Assembly: GCA_031549385.1 (NCBI GenBank)
Contig: JAVBPW010000001.1
Coordinates: 64,001 to 128,000, forward strand
Length of the DNA: 64,000 nt
Origin: Alphaproteobacteria bacterium
Lineage (GTDB): Bacteria > Pseudomonadota > Alphaproteobacteria > Rs-D84 > SZUA-605
Direction: 5' to 3'
The notes below the pieces were generated by a model. That model saw only the letters and a list, made by a program, of their open reading frames with translations. It was not told where the DNA came from and did no database searches. The position numbers and the translations under genes were made by a program. This document shows positions 61,314 to 64,000 of this stretch, in pieces; the stretch's first letter is position 1, and every line of letters begins with the position of its first letter.

Positions 61314-62504
61314 TTAATTCCTTTCGTCTATAAAGCCCATTATGTGTAGATAGTATCCTAAAGCACCACCTTGAAGTAGTTGCAATCTTATATAATAACC
61401 TCCATCTTGATTTACTGGATAACTATCTACTACTACAGTTACTCCACTTAATGGATTTGTTTTTACTAATAATTTTGCAGGGTCAGTTGAATGATATCTC
61501 ATTTCAATTAAAAAATTATATCCTTCTACAGATAGTATCGGACGAATCAAGTTTCCAAAGCCAATATCAACAAATTCAAAATTTTTATTTACTATTTGAT
61601 AATCTAGTTGAATTTTTGGAGTGAATACTCTTACTGCTCCTCCTGCTTGTTCAAATGTAGTTATTTGAAGAATATTACCTGTTGAATCTGTTTTTATTAT
61701 TCCTACTCTTCTGAACTTTGTAAAACTTCCTGAATTTTTTATTAAGTTAACTGCATTTTTGTCTGTATCAAACCCTGCGTCTACTTCCATTGTTTTTGGA
61801 TTTAGTAAAACAAATACATAATAAACTTGATTATTTAACATAACCATGTTTGGTGCAAGACCACCTGAAGTTGTTCCTTTTTCAAAATTCAAATTTAACT
61901 TCTTACTTATTGGAGATTTTAATACTATATCACAAGTATCCTCATAATCTCTTGCACGACCTTTAGAAATTACTATTTCTTTATTGATATTAGTTGTAAG
62001 ATTTGAAACTAATAAACCTTCTATATATCTTGGAGGAAGACCTACATATTCCATTAGAGTTTCTTTATATATGTGAGGAGTTATTGCTTTATCTGTATTT
62101 TGACCATCAATTGCTTCTTGTTTTGTCGCAAGAGAGATTACCCCTCTTTTGTTTGAACTTGCATAGCTTTCTTGAGTGCAATTGCTTAAGTCATTTTTTA
62201 ATAAACCTTTTGCAAGAAGAGTTGATGTGTCTACATTGCTTAAATCAGTTTTTACTATACCTTTGTCTGTAAATACTTCATCTGATACGTTTGATAAATT
62301 TGAATCTGTTAAACCTTTATTTAATAAAGTTTGAAGTTCTACATTTTCTAAATCTTCCCTTGCTAGAGGCATTCCACCTACTGTTTTGTTGTCATGAATC
62401 ACTCCTGTTGATTTGTCTGTGTCTACTGTAATTTCTCCTGAAAGACCGGTAAACAACCCATGTTTGGCAGTTGAGCCACGACGAAATTGTACTGCTTTTG
62501 TCAT
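61314..62504 (-). CDS. Phage tail fibre-like protein with an Mtd_N-type N-terminal domain
   Basis: QFRRGST..H..FTG..GEITVDTDK...IHD....GG.PLA; DLSNV repeats; GVISLAT..EA..G....AITP fibre motif; start set at MTKAV. Confidence 0.75.
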   Translation of the reverse strand: MTKAVQFRRGSTAKHGLFTGLSGEITVDTDKSTGVIHDNKTVGGMPLAREDLENVELQTLLNKGLTDSNLSNVSDEVFTDKGIVKTDLSNVDTSTLLAKGLLKNDLSNCTQESYASSNKRGVISLATKQEAIDGQNTDKAITPHIYKETLMEYVGLPPRYIEGLLVSNLTTNINKEIVISKGRARDYEDTCDIVLKSPISKKLNLNFEKGTTSGGLAPNMVMLNNQVYYVFVLLNPKTMEVDAGFDTDKNAVNLIKNSGSFTKFRRVGIIKTDSTGNILQITTFEQAGGAVRVFTPKIQLDYQIVNKNFEFVDIGFGNLIRPILSVEGYNFLIEMRYHSTDPAKLLVKTNPLSGVTVVVDSYPVNQDGGYYIRLQLLQGGALGYYLHIMGFIDERN

Positions 62505-62628
62505 TTTATATTCCTTTATATTTAAAATAAAAAATACCAAAATAAATTAATATTTTGGTATTAAAAAATGGGCACTATTGTCCCATAAATCTTTGTTTAT
62601 TATACAAAATATTTTTCAAAAAGTCAAG

Positions 62629-63984
62629 TTATTTCTTTTTATATATCTTTGCCATAATACTTTTTGCTTGAGCTTTTTGAGTATTTTCAACACTTGTAAC
62701 TTGAGCATTTATGTAATTTTTTACGTTGTTTGTAAAGCTTGCTTCTTTTAGTAAACCTTCAGCTTCTTTTTTTAATATTGTAAACATATAAAAACCTAAT
62801 TGTAAGCCAAATATCATCTTTAACCAGTTAATCCAATTTGCAGGATTGTGGAAACCTGCTATTAGACCCGCAATTACTGTTCCTTTTATTTCACCATTGT
62901 CATCATAAAATACACTGTCTGGATTCATTAAATCTTTTGCTTGAAGCATATTGTCACCTGCCGACATACCTGTTGGAATATCAATTACCATTTCACCAAG
63001 AACGTATTGTAAGAAGATTCCTAAAATTCCAATAGCTACCGACCAAAATAGAAAACCCAATACTCCATTCTTAAACATATTAACTATATTAGCTCGCCAA
63101 CCACTTGCAAATTTTAAAAATCCACTTTCTTCATTTTCTAATGCATATGAAAATATAGCTAGAGGGAATAACATTATAGACAAACATATCTGAAGTATTA
63201 CAGATATCATCATCCATAACATTTCAAGCCCAAGACTAAACCCTTTGGTTATGAAAAAAAATCCTACAGAAAAAACTACATATGACATATATTCAAGTGC
63301 TTTACTTACAATTCTGCCAACATAAGGAATCATGTTTGCAAAAAATGAACCTATAAATTCTCCTGCTGATGTTACCGTCATCCAAGTTCCTAGCCTCATT
63401 AAAACATCAATTTGTTTTGCACTTATGTTTACTGGGCAAACTATTTTTGCTTTTGTTTCTGCAGAGATTGCCTCATCAGCTTCTGGATTTGCTTCTTTTG
63501 TGTAATTTTCTACACACTTTTCATAATTACTATCTACATTAACCATAAATCCTGTTGTATAGGTGGAGGCTAAATTTAATATTGGATCAACTGTTATTTC
63601 AAAAAGAAACTTTTGATTAGTGTTTAAAAGTATTAATGAAATAAGAACAAAGAAGAGTCTTTTCCAAAAACTTTTTCTTAAAAATTTATAATCTTCTTGA
63701 TTTAATATTACTCTTATTACTATTCCCGCTATGTAAAACAAAAAGAATATGTAGATCAAATTTCTTACTAATTTAGCTAAAAGTTCTGCAGTTGAATATG
63801 CAAGTGGAGATAAAGCATCAAGAACAATCATGCCTAATGATGATATCCAATTAGGTATATTTCCTGTTACTTCAATAACATCTCTTGTTATTACTCTGGT
63901 ACCAGTTTTAAGAACTTGAGCATAAAGAGCATCACAGCTTAAACATAATAATACAATCATAAATAGGAATAAAATTTTCTTCAT
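62629..63984 (-). CDS. Polytopic membrane protein, VirB6/TrbL-like
   Basis: Signal peptide, several TMs, a periplasmic Cys pair and a ML.PLAIF.YA..W segment reminiscent of VirB6; family call is tentative. Confidence 0.45.
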   Translation of the reverse strand: MKKILFLFMIVLLCLSCDALYAQVLKTGTRVITRDVIEVTGNIPNWISSLGMIVLDALSPLAYSTAELLAKLVRNLIYIFFLFYIAGIVIRVILNQEDYKFLRKSFWKRLFFVLISLILLNTNQKFLFEITVDPILNLASTYTTGFMVNVDSNYEKCVENYTKEANPEADEAISAETKAKIVCPVNISAKQIDVLMRLGTWMTVTSAGEFIGSFFANMIPYVGRIVSKALEYMSYVVFSVGFFFITKGFSLGLEMLWMMISVILQICLSIMLFPLAIFSYALENEESGFLKFASGWRANIVNMFKNGVLGFLFWSVAIGILGIFLQYVLGEMVIDIPTGMSAGDNMLQAKDLMNPDSVFYDDNGEIKGTVIAGLIAGFHNPANWINWLKMIFGLQLGFYMFTILKKEAEGLLKEASFTNNVKNYINAQVTSVENTQKAQAKSIMAKIYKKK

Positions 63985-64000
63985 TATTTCAATTTACCTC

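Noticed and set aside
61314-62504. Diversity-generating retroelement target
   Set aside because: No template/variable repeat pair or reverse transcriptase seen in the window; Mtd_N alone is not diagnostic.

Overview
A strongly AT-rich alphaproteobacterial chromosome segment (GcrA, DUF3126, alpha-type RpoH promoter before dnaK, alpha-type L31/LolA), probably from a reduced or host-associated lineage. Positions 1-17 kb hold the str/S10/spc/alpha ribosomal cluster on the minus strand (rpsL-rpsG-fusA, no tuf; rpsJ to secY, no adk; rpsM-rpsK-rpoA-rplQ). The rest is mostly housekeeping: birA, valS, mutL, two greA paralogs, dnaK, mraZ-rsmH-ftsL-ftsI, tsaD, frameshifted prfB, ftsK, rpmE, gcrA, ihfB, accD-accA-aas, dsbA, kefC, lspA, fpr, ruvC, gatCA, tolB, tRNA-Lys(CTT) and tRNA-Thr(GGT). 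The least explained signals are: (1) a dispersed, co-oriented ~55-bp palindromic repeat (5 full copies, 1 half copy, 1 divergent relative) whose right half resembles an oriC DnaA-box/DnaA-trio module; (2) a terminator-punctuated array of five 44-72 aa membrane microproteins with SD-less leaders, two of which share a 23-nt motif that recurs after valS; (3) a GreA paralog lacking the catalytic Asp41, behind an RpoH-like promoter and a structured leader; (4) a degenerate PGI-like protein, an apparently chimeric ValRS, a tRNA-Lys-linked repeat, a RusA-like islet and an orphan phage tail-fibre gene pair. All calls come from reading the sequence; no database searches were run.
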